DNA of 58,847 nucleotides from a virus (Duplodnaviria; Caudoviricetes): IMG/VR virus record IMGVR_UViG_3300014613_000029, positions 1 to 58,847 of that record; one strand, 5' to 3'. Shown piece by piece: positions 36,229 to 45,500 of this stretch (position 1 is its first letter; each line of letters starts with the position of its first letter). The notes under the pieces were generated by a model. It saw only the letters and a program-made list of their open reading frames with translations, ran no database searches and was not told where the DNA came from. The position numbers and the translations under genes were made by a program.

Positions 36229-37150
36229 TTGGAAGTCTTTTAAAGGGCAGACTCCTTGGACTGTAGGGCATGAAGATAAGCCTTCCTATAACGAAGGTGA
36301 TCATATAGCAAACTACGCAAATGCCATCTGGTCTATGGAAGAAGGAACTAACGAGCCAGTGACTCCGATTCACAAGCCTTGTGGTTATTGGACTAAGAAT
36401 TATGTGCCACCACCACCCCCATTTTCTCCACTTTATAACAACTATTTGATTGCGTGGTATAAGTTTAATGAAGGTACAGGAACAGATATTGTTAATTACG
36501 CTACAAGTGGAAGTTCTGGTGGTGGACTTCTTCCTAATCTAATCCTCATTCCTAATAGAGGAACCTTCTGGACGGCTAAGACTGGATTTGGATACTGCGT
36601 TAGTGGAGCATCAGCTAGTACACATGATTTTGTTTGGAATAAACCAAGTAGAGTTGTTGGAGATGCTAATGGTATTGCCTTTGGTGCTTTTCTATTTCCT
36701 GTAAATACTAATATTTTAGGCTCTACAGCGGCTGATGTCATTACAAGTGGAATTCAAGGAGGCTTGAGACCTCTTGGTACAGGTACAGCACTTACTTTTA
36801 ATTTAGCTAATGGAGGAGCTTCCTCTGCTATTACAGTTGCAGCAGCTTCAAAATGGTTCTTTTACTTCCTTGCAAGCGATGGAATATTCAGAGCTTGTCA
36901 GAATGATGGAACATTGCTTACTGGAGCTGCCCCGAATCCTGGAACTGGTACTGCTACAGCAAATTATTTAATTTTTGGTACACAGTACTGTAATGCTGAT
37001 CCACCAACTCAAGCAGCTGGCTATAGAAGTGAGGGTGGGTTTGGAGATTGGATTTTATATAGTGGAGTAAAGTTAACAGTGAGTGAATGGGGAACTTGGT
37101 ACGATGAGTGTAGAACAAGATATGGAATGGCAGCAAGAAGTGGGTGGTAA
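36209..37150 (+). CDS. LamG-like tail protein
   Basis: LIAWYKFNEGTGT motif; start may be GTG 36221. Confidence 0.65.
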   Translation: MEIIVGDWKSFKGQTPWTVGHEDKPSYNEGDHIANYANAIWSMEEGTNEPVTPIHKPCGYWTKNYVPPPPPFSPLYNNYLIAWYKFNEGTGTDIVNYATSGSSGGGLLPNLILIPNRGTFWTAKTGFGYCVSGASASTHDFVWNKPSRVVGDANGIAFGAFLFPVNTNILGSTAADVITSGIQGGLRPLGTGTALTFNLANGGASSAITVAAASKWFFYFLASDGIFRACQNDGTLLTGAAPNPGTGTATANYLIFGTQYCNADPPTQAAGYRSEGGFGDWILYSGVKLTVSEWGTWYDECRTRYGMAARSGW

Positions 37151-37177
37151 TATATTTAAAAGAAAGGAGAAGATAAG

Positions 37178-37627
37178 ATGGCAACAGCAGCAACGAACAA
37201 ATTCAAGTTAGTTTTAATGAGTAAGTTAGCAGATTGTGTGAATGACACTTTTAAAATAGCCTTGATGGCTAACGGCTTCACCTTTGATAAAGATACTCAT
37301 CATGGCTGGGCTAACGTTAGTGCTAACGAGCTTGCTAACGGCTATGGGTATACTACTCCAGGAGCAAATTTGGCTAATAAGGTGGTCGCCGAAGATGACA
37401 CTAACGATAGGGCTAACATGACCTGTAATAATGTCACCTGGACAGCTAACGGAGGAAACATCGGTCCTACTCCAGGGGCAATCATTTATGATGATACAAT
37501 AACTGCAACTAGTGCTCCAGTTAATATAGCTGACCCAATTGTTGGTTATATTGACTTTGGTGGTGATCAAACTCAGGCTGATGGTGGAGTTTTCACAATT
37601 GCTAATATCGAAGTAAGGATAGCTTAA
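37178..37627 (+). CDS. Tail fibre-associated structural protein
   Basis: DTFKIALM...ELANGYGYT.G...VTWTA.G...AIIYDDT...IDFGGD; common virion family. Confidence 0.7.
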   Translation: MATAATNKFKLVLMSKLADCVNDTFKIALMANGFTFDKDTHHGWANVSANELANGYGYTTPGANLANKVVAEDDTNDRANMTCNNVTWTANGGNIGPTPGAIIYDDTITATSAPVNIADPIVGYIDFGGDQTQADGGVFTIANIEVRIA

Positions 37628-38811
37628 TGCCTGTAACAATTAATGCTGATCCTATTGTAGTTACAGCCACTCAGCTAGGAAATAGACTAATAGTAGCTGA
37701 CGTAATCTCTATTACCTTAAGTCCATCAGCTAGTGGTTTTGTTAGCCGTCCTTTTTACAGAAGGCCTGAACTAGACATTACCTTTAATTGCAGAGGGGCT
37801 CGGGCAGGTGTTTGGGACGCTGGTATTATTACTATTGAAACGACTCCAGTAGGAGCTTTAGGGTTTGTAACTATCTGGCCTGACCCTATCTTAGTAACAG
37901 CGACGCCGTTAGGTGATGATGTAGCTGGATACATAGCAACAGACACTATAATATCTATCACTCTTGGTTGGGGCGACATAGACGTCTTAACCGAGCTACT
38001 CAAAAAGAACTGGGTTAAGTGGTCTAAAATTGGCAGTCTTGATTTTACTATAGGTAAGGATAACCTTGCAGGTGAGAGACCATTAGACTGGAAGGGATGG
38101 ATTTACGGAATAAAGAAGCTAAGCAACAAGATTGCTGTGTACGGAGAGAATGGAGTATCGGTGCTAACTCCATCCAACAATGCCTTTGGCTTAAACACAA
38201 TTCACAGACTAGGGCTAAAGGGAAAGCAAGCAGTTGCTGGAGATGAATCAACTCATTACTTTGTAGATAAGGAGGGTAGTCTTTGGAGCTTAGGTGAAGG
38301 CTTGGCTAGACTTGATTATTCTGAATATCTAGTAGCCTTAACGAATCCAGTCTTGAGCTGGGATCAAGAGAATAGGCTGCTCTATCTCTGTGATGGAGTT
38401 CGTGGATTCGTTTACAGTCCTGATGATAAGAGCCTAGGTAAAGGACCTCCAACCATCACAGGAATTGGTTATCAGGGAGGAACGGCTTATGTAATATCGC
38501 CTATTACAATAGTAACTCCGACCTTTGAAGTATGGTCTGATATCTACGATATGGGAGTAAGGAAAGGAAAAGGGATTGAGTCATTGGAGTTTGGAATTGA
38601 CCTAACGATTGACCTAAAGGCTGCTGTTAGGTATCGTCTGGATAAGGCAGCCTCTTTTAGACAGACTGGTTGGCAAACTCTGAACAGTGAGGGAGTTGCT
38701 TACGTTCAGTGTTATGGACAAGAGTTTCAGTTTGGAGTGAAGGCTGATTCTTATCAGTACTTTGAACTTGATTATATTAAGGTCAATGGAAGAGTGTATA
38801 ACTTATGGTAA
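37627..38811 (+). CDS. Tail nozzle / stabilisation protein, C-terminal part
   Basis: WVKWSKIG, GWIYGI..L..KIAVYGENGV, HYFVDKEG propeller blades. Confidence 0.6.
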   Translation: MPVTINADPIVVTATQLGNRLIVADVISITLSPSASGFVSRPFYRRPELDITFNCRGARAGVWDAGIITIETTPVGALGFVTIWPDPILVTATPLGDDVAGYIATDTIISITLGWGDIDVLTELLKKNWVKWSKIGSLDFTIGKDNLAGERPLDWKGWIYGIKKLSNKIAVYGENGVSVLTPSNNAFGLNTIHRLGLKGKQAVAGDESTHYFVDKEGSLWSLGEGLARLDYSEYLVALTNPVLSWDQENRLLYLCDGVRGFVYSPDDKSLGKGPPTITGIGYQGGTAYVISPITIVTPTFEVWSDIYDMGVRKGKGIESLEFGIDLTIDLKAAVRYRLDKAASFRQTGWQTLNSEGVAYVQCYGQEFQFGVKADSYQYFELDYIKVNGRVYNLW

Positions 38812-39248
38812 TTAAGTTGTTACCTAGCCAAATACCAATATTTTGGGAGGCTATAAAGTTTGCAGTAGTCAGTGTAGATGAAGTTATTGAAAAGGATCGA
38901 GAAGCTTACTTAAATTTACTTCTACATTCACTTCTGAATAGTAAAAGTCAGTGCTTCGTAAGACTTAATGAAGAGAGAAGGCTTTCGGCTTTATTTATAA
39001 CTAGGTTTTCTATTAACAAAGTTACTGGAGAAAAAAACCTTTCTATACGAATTTTATACTCTTGGAAACGTTCTCAAGATGAAGAGTGGAAAGATACCTT
39101 TGCTGTTATAAAAAAGTTTGCAGAACATGAAGGGTGTACTGATATTACCTTTAGGTCGAAGAATCCAAGGATATGGCATTTAGGAGAAATTATGGGGTTT
39201 AAGGAGAGTTCTAGAGCTTTTACTCTTAGGATGGAGGGTAGTCAATGA
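38805..39248 (+). CDS. GNAT-fold virion assembly protein
   Basis: KFAEHEGC..I.F.S...IW.L...MGF; canonical position between nozzle and ejection genes. Confidence 0.55.
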   Translation: MVIKLLPSQIPIFWEAIKFAVVSVDEVIEKDREAYLNLLLHSLLNSKSQCFVRLNEERRLSALFITRFSINKVTGEKNLSIRILYSWKRSQDEEWKDTFAVIKKFAEHEGCTDITFRSKNPRIWHLGEIMGFKESSRAFTLRMEGSQ

Positions 39249-40258
39249 GAATATACACTCGGGTTGAGTTTGAGTGGAATGAAGTAAAGAAGGTGTATGA
39301 GGAGAGATATGCTGAGTTTAAGGAATATGAAGGTAGTGTGGCATTATGCTTTGGAGATGGTGATGGAGGAGGAGATCAAAGAACAGAGGTGAGGTTTGCT
39401 CCTTATATTGAGTCTTTCCATACAAACTTACTCACATTACAACAGCAATATCGAGATGCAGTTAGAGATGATTCTCCCTTCGTTGATTGGACTGATGTCT
39501 CGCTAAGTGATACCTTCTTTGGAGTGGGGTATACTATAAGTAGTTTTCCTTCTCTGTATGACATGTATGGAAAGTTCATGGCAGGCTTGGATGTGGATGT
39601 TTTGTACACTCAGATCTATGAGGATACGATAAACTCAGGACCTATAAATGATCTTGTAAGCGCAGAGGCTGATTTGCTAGATGATGATATCGTCGCCAAC
39701 GTGTTACCAAGATTTGAAGTTGGAATGAGAGATATTAATTCTGTTATGAGCTCGAGTTTTGTAGTTGGAAAGTCGTTGATAGAAGATGCAAGGGTGAAGT
39801 CTGTAGCCAAGTTTAGTGCAGGGTTGAAGTATCAAATGATTCCTGTAGCTTCGGAAAGATGGAAAGCTCACCTTGAATGGAATAAGGCAGTAACATTAAC
39901 CTATGCTGAGATCATAAAGCTTTATTACTCGGCTTATATGGATATTACGGATTTAAACTATTCTATGGCAGTAAAAGATAGGTTATGGCCTTTCACCGTG
40001 TTAGAATATAACAGAGCTGCTGCTGGAGCTTTGCAAGGAGCTATGACTACCACAACTGATGTAGCTGGAGCATCAAAAGGAGCGAAGGCAATAAGTGGAG
40101 CATTGAGCGGTGCAGCAATGGGAGCTACGGTAGGCAGTGCTATAGGAGGTTGGGCTGGAGTTGGAGTTGGGGGAGGTGCAATGATGGGAATGGGTGCAGG
40201 CCCGCTTGGAGCTATAGCCGGCGGCCTACTTGGTCTTGCAGGAAGTCTTTTTAGTTAA
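39245..40258 (+). CDS. Internal virion / ejection protein 1
   Basis: C-terminal glycine-zipper hydrophobic region (GALSGAAMGATVGS...GGLLG). Confidence 0.7.
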   Translation: MRIYTRVEFEWNEVKKVYEERYAEFKEYEGSVALCFGDGDGGGDQRTEVRFAPYIESFHTNLLTLQQQYRDAVRDDSPFVDWTDVSLSDTFFGVGYTISSFPSLYDMYGKFMAGLDVDVLYTQIYEDTINSGPINDLVSAEADLLDDDIVANVLPRFEVGMRDINSVMSSSFVVGKSLIEDARVKSVAKFSAGLKYQMIPVASERWKAHLEWNKAVTLTYAEIIKLYYSAYMDITDLNYSMAVKDRLWPFTVLEYNRAAAGALQGAMTTTTDVAGASKGAKAISGALSGAAMGATVGSAIGGWAGVGVGGGAMMGMGAGPLGAIAGGLLGLAGSLFS

Positions 40259-40270
40259 CGGAGGACTAAA

Positions 40271-41668
40271 ATGGATGGATGGACTGGTTTATATAATCTT
40301 AGGGCAAGAAAGAGACTTGAAGAACTTCAAGATCGACCACTTTTGAGTTTTGAAAATCCCCCACCTATGAAGTTTGAGGGTCTGGGTCTACCTACTCAAC
40401 CTGAAGAGAGGGAAGAGGGAGGGGTTGTTCCTGGGGTAGGAAGATTCGCACTTGATATAGCTAACGTAAGAGCTAACCAAGCACCAACCGACCAGACACC
40501 AACCGGGGAAACTGCTGGAGAGCCTACTGAAGAGAAGAACCCTTATGCTTTCTGGAAGACTTCAATGATAGGAGGTAAGGAAGGCAGGGAGGGGTTACCT
40601 CTCGATCGTGCAGTCGCACTGGCAGGTATGCTTGCTAGTAGTTTTGCTCCGCAGGAATGGGGTGGTAGGATGGGAGCTCAGATTGCTCAGTATGCTAGAG
40701 AGGGAAGTAAGGCCCATGAGGAGTGGGAAGCTCAAAGGAAGCTCTTCGGAATTGAGAAGGAGAAGTTAGGTTTGAAGAAAGAAGAGATTGACATTGCAAA
40801 AAGACTGGCCGAAAAGCCGACGGAGCTTGAGGTCAAGACTGGCCTTGCTCCCGGAAAAGAGCAGCTACTTGGCTATGAGAAGGAGGTTGCAAGAGCTGGA
40901 CAGCAGCCTAGTGAAACGATGATACTTAGTGGAGCTTTAGGAGCAGATGTTGCAAAGACATATATTGCAAATAAGGAAGCTTTAAAACTAGCAGAAACTC
41001 CTGATTTCTTAAGAGAGCTTTACAGCAATCAAAACAAGGCTGCACTGTTAGAAGCTGATAAGTATAGACAAGAACTTATTGAAAATCCTCTAAACGCAGT
41101 AGCAAATAGAAGGTTAGCAGATGCACAGGCTGAACGGATGCTGTCTGAAAAACGAAGGATTGACATTGAGATTGAAGCAGTAAAGGGCTCGGTGATTGGG
41201 AAGCTTCCGAGGGAGACACAAACTCTATTATCTGAGATTGATAAAGCCTACAACCAGCAGATTGCCTTTCTTGAGAAGCAATATACAGCTCCTGCTGGGA
41301 TGGGAGTTATTAAGAGTGATAAGAGAGAGTATGAAAAACTAAGCCAGTTAGCTGAGTGGACGAACAAGCACGCAGTAGCTGCTAATGCTGTAGTTCCTCA
41401 GTATCCTGGTACAGCAGCTAATATTGAGTATTTCTCCAATCAAGTTCAACGTTATCTTAATGAGCTCTACAAACCTATTGCCGAGAGGAAGATCGGCTGG
41501 CTTGGCGGAGGAGCAAAGCAGAAGGAAGATGCTGAACAGCGTATGATTGCTTTGATGAGGCAGGTAGTAGAACTTCATAGAAAGTTTCCTGGTACACCGA
41601 GCTCGTTTGCCTTAGCAAGACAGTATCAGGATGCCTTGGGTATTCTGGAAGGGCAGGAAGAAAGATAA
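40271..41668 (+). CDS. Internal virion / ejection protein 2
   Basis: Helical, coiled-coil; position in module. Confidence 0.6.
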   Translation: MDGWTGLYNLRARKRLEELQDRPLLSFENPPPMKFEGLGLPTQPEEREEGGVVPGVGRFALDIANVRANQAPTDQTPTGETAGEPTEEKNPYAFWKTSMIGGKEGREGLPLDRAVALAGMLASSFAPQEWGGRMGAQIAQYAREGSKAHEEWEAQRKLFGIEKEKLGLKKEEIDIAKRLAEKPTELEVKTGLAPGKEQLLGYEKEVARAGQQPSETMILSGALGADVAKTYIANKEALKLAETPDFLRELYSNQNKAALLEADKYRQELIENPLNAVANRRLADAQAERMLSEKRRIDIEIEAVKGSVIGKLPRETQTLLSEIDKAYNQQIAFLEKQYTAPAGMGVIKSDKREYEKLSQLAEWTNKHAVAANAVVPQYPGTAANIEYFSNQVQRYLNELYKPIAERKIGWLGGGAKQKEDAEQRMIALMRQVVELHRKFPGTPSSFALARQYQDALGILEGQEER

Positions 41669-41699
41669 TTGAAAGCTGTAGAGAAAAAGGAGAGGGAGA

Positions 41700-42557
41700 A
41701 TGCCAAAGTATCTCGAACCACTTACTAAGCTCACAAAAGAGCAATGGAAAGCAATCATTCGCAGATTGATGGATAAGGAAGGACGTCTTACCGAGTCCCT
41801 TGCCAACAGGATTATGAAGACCGAACCTCCTGTTGAGCAGGCGATGGGACGTTTAGAGCAGGTCATTCCTACAGGAGGTGTAGGACGACAAGTCTCTCCG
41901 GGTCGTTTCCTAGGTGAGACGACCTCTCGTATTGAGAACCTTCCTATTGAGGAGGCTCGTGCTAGGTACTTCGCTTCTCCTGAAAGTTATCGTGCTCCAG
42001 GCCTCTTTGGTGAGCCTTCAGCAAAGGTCTTAGAGCAGTTCAAGCCTGGGCCTGAGACAGGAGCGTTTGCACGGGATCTGGCTTATACTAGGCAGAAGTT
42101 CCAGCCTATCATTCCTCCTAGTACTAGATCGGCTGCTGGGGTGTTGAGAGGTGAGGCAGAAGAGGAGGCAGTGAGTACTGGTCTACGTCGCTTTGGCTTG
42201 ACAGCAGAGGATGTTAGACCTGAGATGCCAATAAAGCAGTTCTTACGAAGTAGAGGAGTCAGTGTAAGGGAAGAGGCACCGGCGATCGCAGAGGTCTTGC
42301 AGACTGCAATGCTAGCTGATTCACTTTGGAAGAGCTTTGGTGGAGGGAGGTCAGCAGAAGGACATCTGTGGGAGGCCTATCGCTCTTCAAGTAACTTAAA
42401 GCATAAGTTTGCAGCTAGTAGAGATTACTTTATTTCTTCCTTCAGCAGATGGAGACAAGATCCAGGACAGTTTGCAAAGAAGTATCCTAGAGAGGCGAAG
42501 CTTCTTAAAAAGATTTGGGATGCCTTTCAGGAAGGATTGCCAGAAGGGGTAGAATAA
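41700..42557 (+). CDS. Putative virion protein/effector E6
   Basis: MPK...WKAIIRRLMDKEG N-terminal tag; TAATG coupling to the giant gene. Confidence 0.55.
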   Translation: MPKYLEPLTKLTKEQWKAIIRRLMDKEGRLTESLANRIMKTEPPVEQAMGRLEQVIPTGGVGRQVSPGRFLGETTSRIENLPIEEARARYFASPESYRAPGLFGEPSAKVLEQFKPGPETGAFARDLAYTRQKFQPIIPPSTRSAAGVLRGEAEEEAVSTGLRRFGLTAEDVRPEMPIKQFLRSRGVSVREEAPAIAEVLQTAMLADSLWKSFGGGRSAEGHLWEAYRSSSNLKHKFAASRDYFISSFSRWRQDPGQFAKKYPREAKLLKKIWDAFQEGLPEGVE

Positions 42558-45500
42558 TGCCTAGCTTAGCTGAACTACTTGCAGGAAAGATCGTTGAAGG
42601 TCTGGGACCAGCAGAAGCTGAAGCAGCGCCTAAGCTTCCTAAAGGGCTTAAACCTAAAGGAATGATTCCTCCTGAGGAGTATTTAAAAAATTTACCTAAA
42701 GAGGAGCTAGATCGTCTTTGGGAATATGCTCGTAGCTTAGTGAAAGACAAGAAGTTAAAAGAGCCTATAACTAAAGAGATGGTTCCGGAGAGGCTGAAAA
42801 AGTTCTTTCCAGTGGTAGGTGGTGGGTTGGTTGCTTCGCAGCTTTTAGAGCCGGAGGAGGCTGAAGCTGCTGGACCAGAGGCTATTTGGAGGAAGGTCGT
42901 TAAGGAGCAGGTCCCTGAAAAGTTGAAAAAGATATATCGTATTATGCAGCCTATGGAACTAATGCGGCCTGTTAGTAAGGAGAGTGCTCAATGGCCAGGA
43001 ACTGGTATGACAGCACTTGAGCCTGGAGGATTATATTTTGCTAAAGAATTTGGCGATCTTCCTATGCTATTAAACCCTGATATAGTTATAGGACATCCCT
43101 GGTCAGCTAAACAGACAATGAAGGAGTTAAAGACTAATTTTGGATATAAGAAAATGTCAGAAGCTATTATTAGAGGAGAAATAAAACCAGAAGCAAAGGT
43201 ATTAAATGCTGAGAATGTTGAGATTTGGTATAATACTCTAGATCAGTTTAGTAAAACACTAAAAGGAAAGCAGAAAGCTACTTTTCAAAATCTTCTTGAA
43301 GACACTAAAGCAGGAAATTGGTTAGAGGAAATAAGCACACCTGAAGAAGAAGCTATTCAACGTAAGTTAACTAATTGGTTATCTAAACAATATGATGTAG
43401 CTATCTTTCCAGATGTAGCTATGGGAGCAGGACACTTGCCTCAAGTAGTTGCTCTTAATCCTGGAGCTGTTATTGGAAGAACCAAAAAGCAAGGTAAGTG
43501 GATTACAAGGACTTTGGGAGTTGCTGGAGGAGGACTGTTAGCTTCACAACTTGGTGAGGAGGAGGCTGAAGCAGCACCGCTAACTAAACCAGTAAGAGAA
43601 ATTTACAGGCAGGTTTCTAAAGAAGGTAAAAGAATTTATCATATCACTGACCCAAGAACCGCTGAGAAGCTTTTAGAAAAAGGTATTGAAAATCCAAGAA
43701 TAGCTAAACATTTTTGGGAAGACTGGAAACCTTTAGGCGTATATTTTTCTCCTAATCTTGAAAGTGCTGCCAAACTTGCTCCTACAGGTTTAGGTGGAGA
43801 ATACACTACAGTGAGAAAAGTTTTAGGCAGGAGACATCCTAACGCCCCAGTTGATGTTGTTAGAGGAGTTTTAAAATCTGACAGAGTTTTAGAGATTGAT
43901 GAAAGTAAGCTAAAGCAGGCTTTTAGTGATTTTGCTAACATGAATAAACCTTCAGAAGCAACATCTCTTAAACTCTTAGATGAGACAGAACTAAACAAAC
44001 TGAATCAGAAATGGTCAAGAGTTCTTAGTAAAAAGTATGATGCAATTATAGTGAATAATGTTGATGGTATCAAAGAAGCCCAAGAAGTTATTGCTATGAA
44101 CCCTAAGAGTGTTAAGCTGTTTTATAAAAACCTTAGATGGCCTATTATAGCCGGAGCGACCACAGTAGGAGCTTCGTTAGGATTAGATCAAGAAGCTGCG
44201 GCTTCTGGCCTAATGTCTCCTATTAACTTAGTTGGTGAGGCTGAGGCTGCTCCTAAACTTAATAAGATTTTGTTTGATCAATTATGGGGGTCAATCAATA
44301 GAACTGAAGATGAGTTTTTGAAACAAGAGTTCAGGCAATTACTTTCAAAATATGGTCTTACTGTTGAAAATAAAACCTTAGCTGATTATGCCAGAATTTT
44401 GGAAAAGGAATTTCCGAGAACTATTAAGAAGGTTATTCCAGGAGCAATTATTGGAGGAGGACTACTAACTTCTCAACAGAAGGCAGAGGCATCTGGCCTC
44501 CAACCACCTATCAATCTTACAGGCGAGGCTCTAGCTCAACCTCTTGGCGAAGAGACTGGAGGCCTTCAACCACCGATTCAGCTTGGTGGAGGTCCTCTAG
44601 AAGGTCTACCTCCTAGACCTCAGCCTATAGCTGAAGGTGGAGAGCCCATTGATCTTGTTCAACGTGAACCTGGTCTTTATGCCCTACCAGAAGAGAAGAT
44701 GAGGGCTGATGTAGAGAGGCAGGAAGCTATTGAGAGAGGAGAGGTTCTTCGTAAGGAGCCACGAGGCCTGCTTCGCAGGGGTGCTGAGATGTTTCTTGGT
44801 GAAGGGCCTGTAAGTGCAGTCACTCACCCTATCGAAACAGCTAAGCTCGCAGCTGAAGGTTATACTAGACCTCTTGAAGAACTAGGTCAGGAGGTCTCGA
44901 AGCAAGCTTTAGCCTTTGGTGCTGCCGCTATGACTGCTGGTATTGTCAACCCCATTACCATTTCTATGGCCACTAGGCTCGGTCCTAACATTGCAGGTAA
45001 GCTACTCCCTGCCCTTGTTAAGAATGCTGCTATATGGTCAGCCTTTCAACTTCCTTTTGCTATGACGGGAGAAGTTCCCCAGGAGAAGGAAGTTAAGGAG
45101 GAAGCTGGAGTGGCACATGCCATCGCCTTCGATCCTTCGGTGATGGGTGAGCGACCCGGTAAACTTGGTCCACCAAGTCCAGCTGATGTAGCTGAGGATT
45201 TAGCTTGGGCTGGTGCAATGGGGGCTGGGTTTGGATTGCTTGGGAAGGTTTTCGTACCTGCTTTTAAGGGGTTGTATCGTGTCTTCGGCTGGCCTTTCTC
45301 ACCGCTTAAGCCTTACTGGGCTAAGGTAGCAGACCTCGTCTGGGAGTCTCACTCCATACCTACCATCGCAGGTATAGGAGCAGTAGGTGCTACGGTGGGA
45401 GCTCTCACTGATGAAGAGCCTTTAGAAGGAGCATTGAAGGGCGCTGGGTTAGCGCTTGGTGGAAAGGCTTTAATCGAGTCGGGTCATCTACCAAACATCT

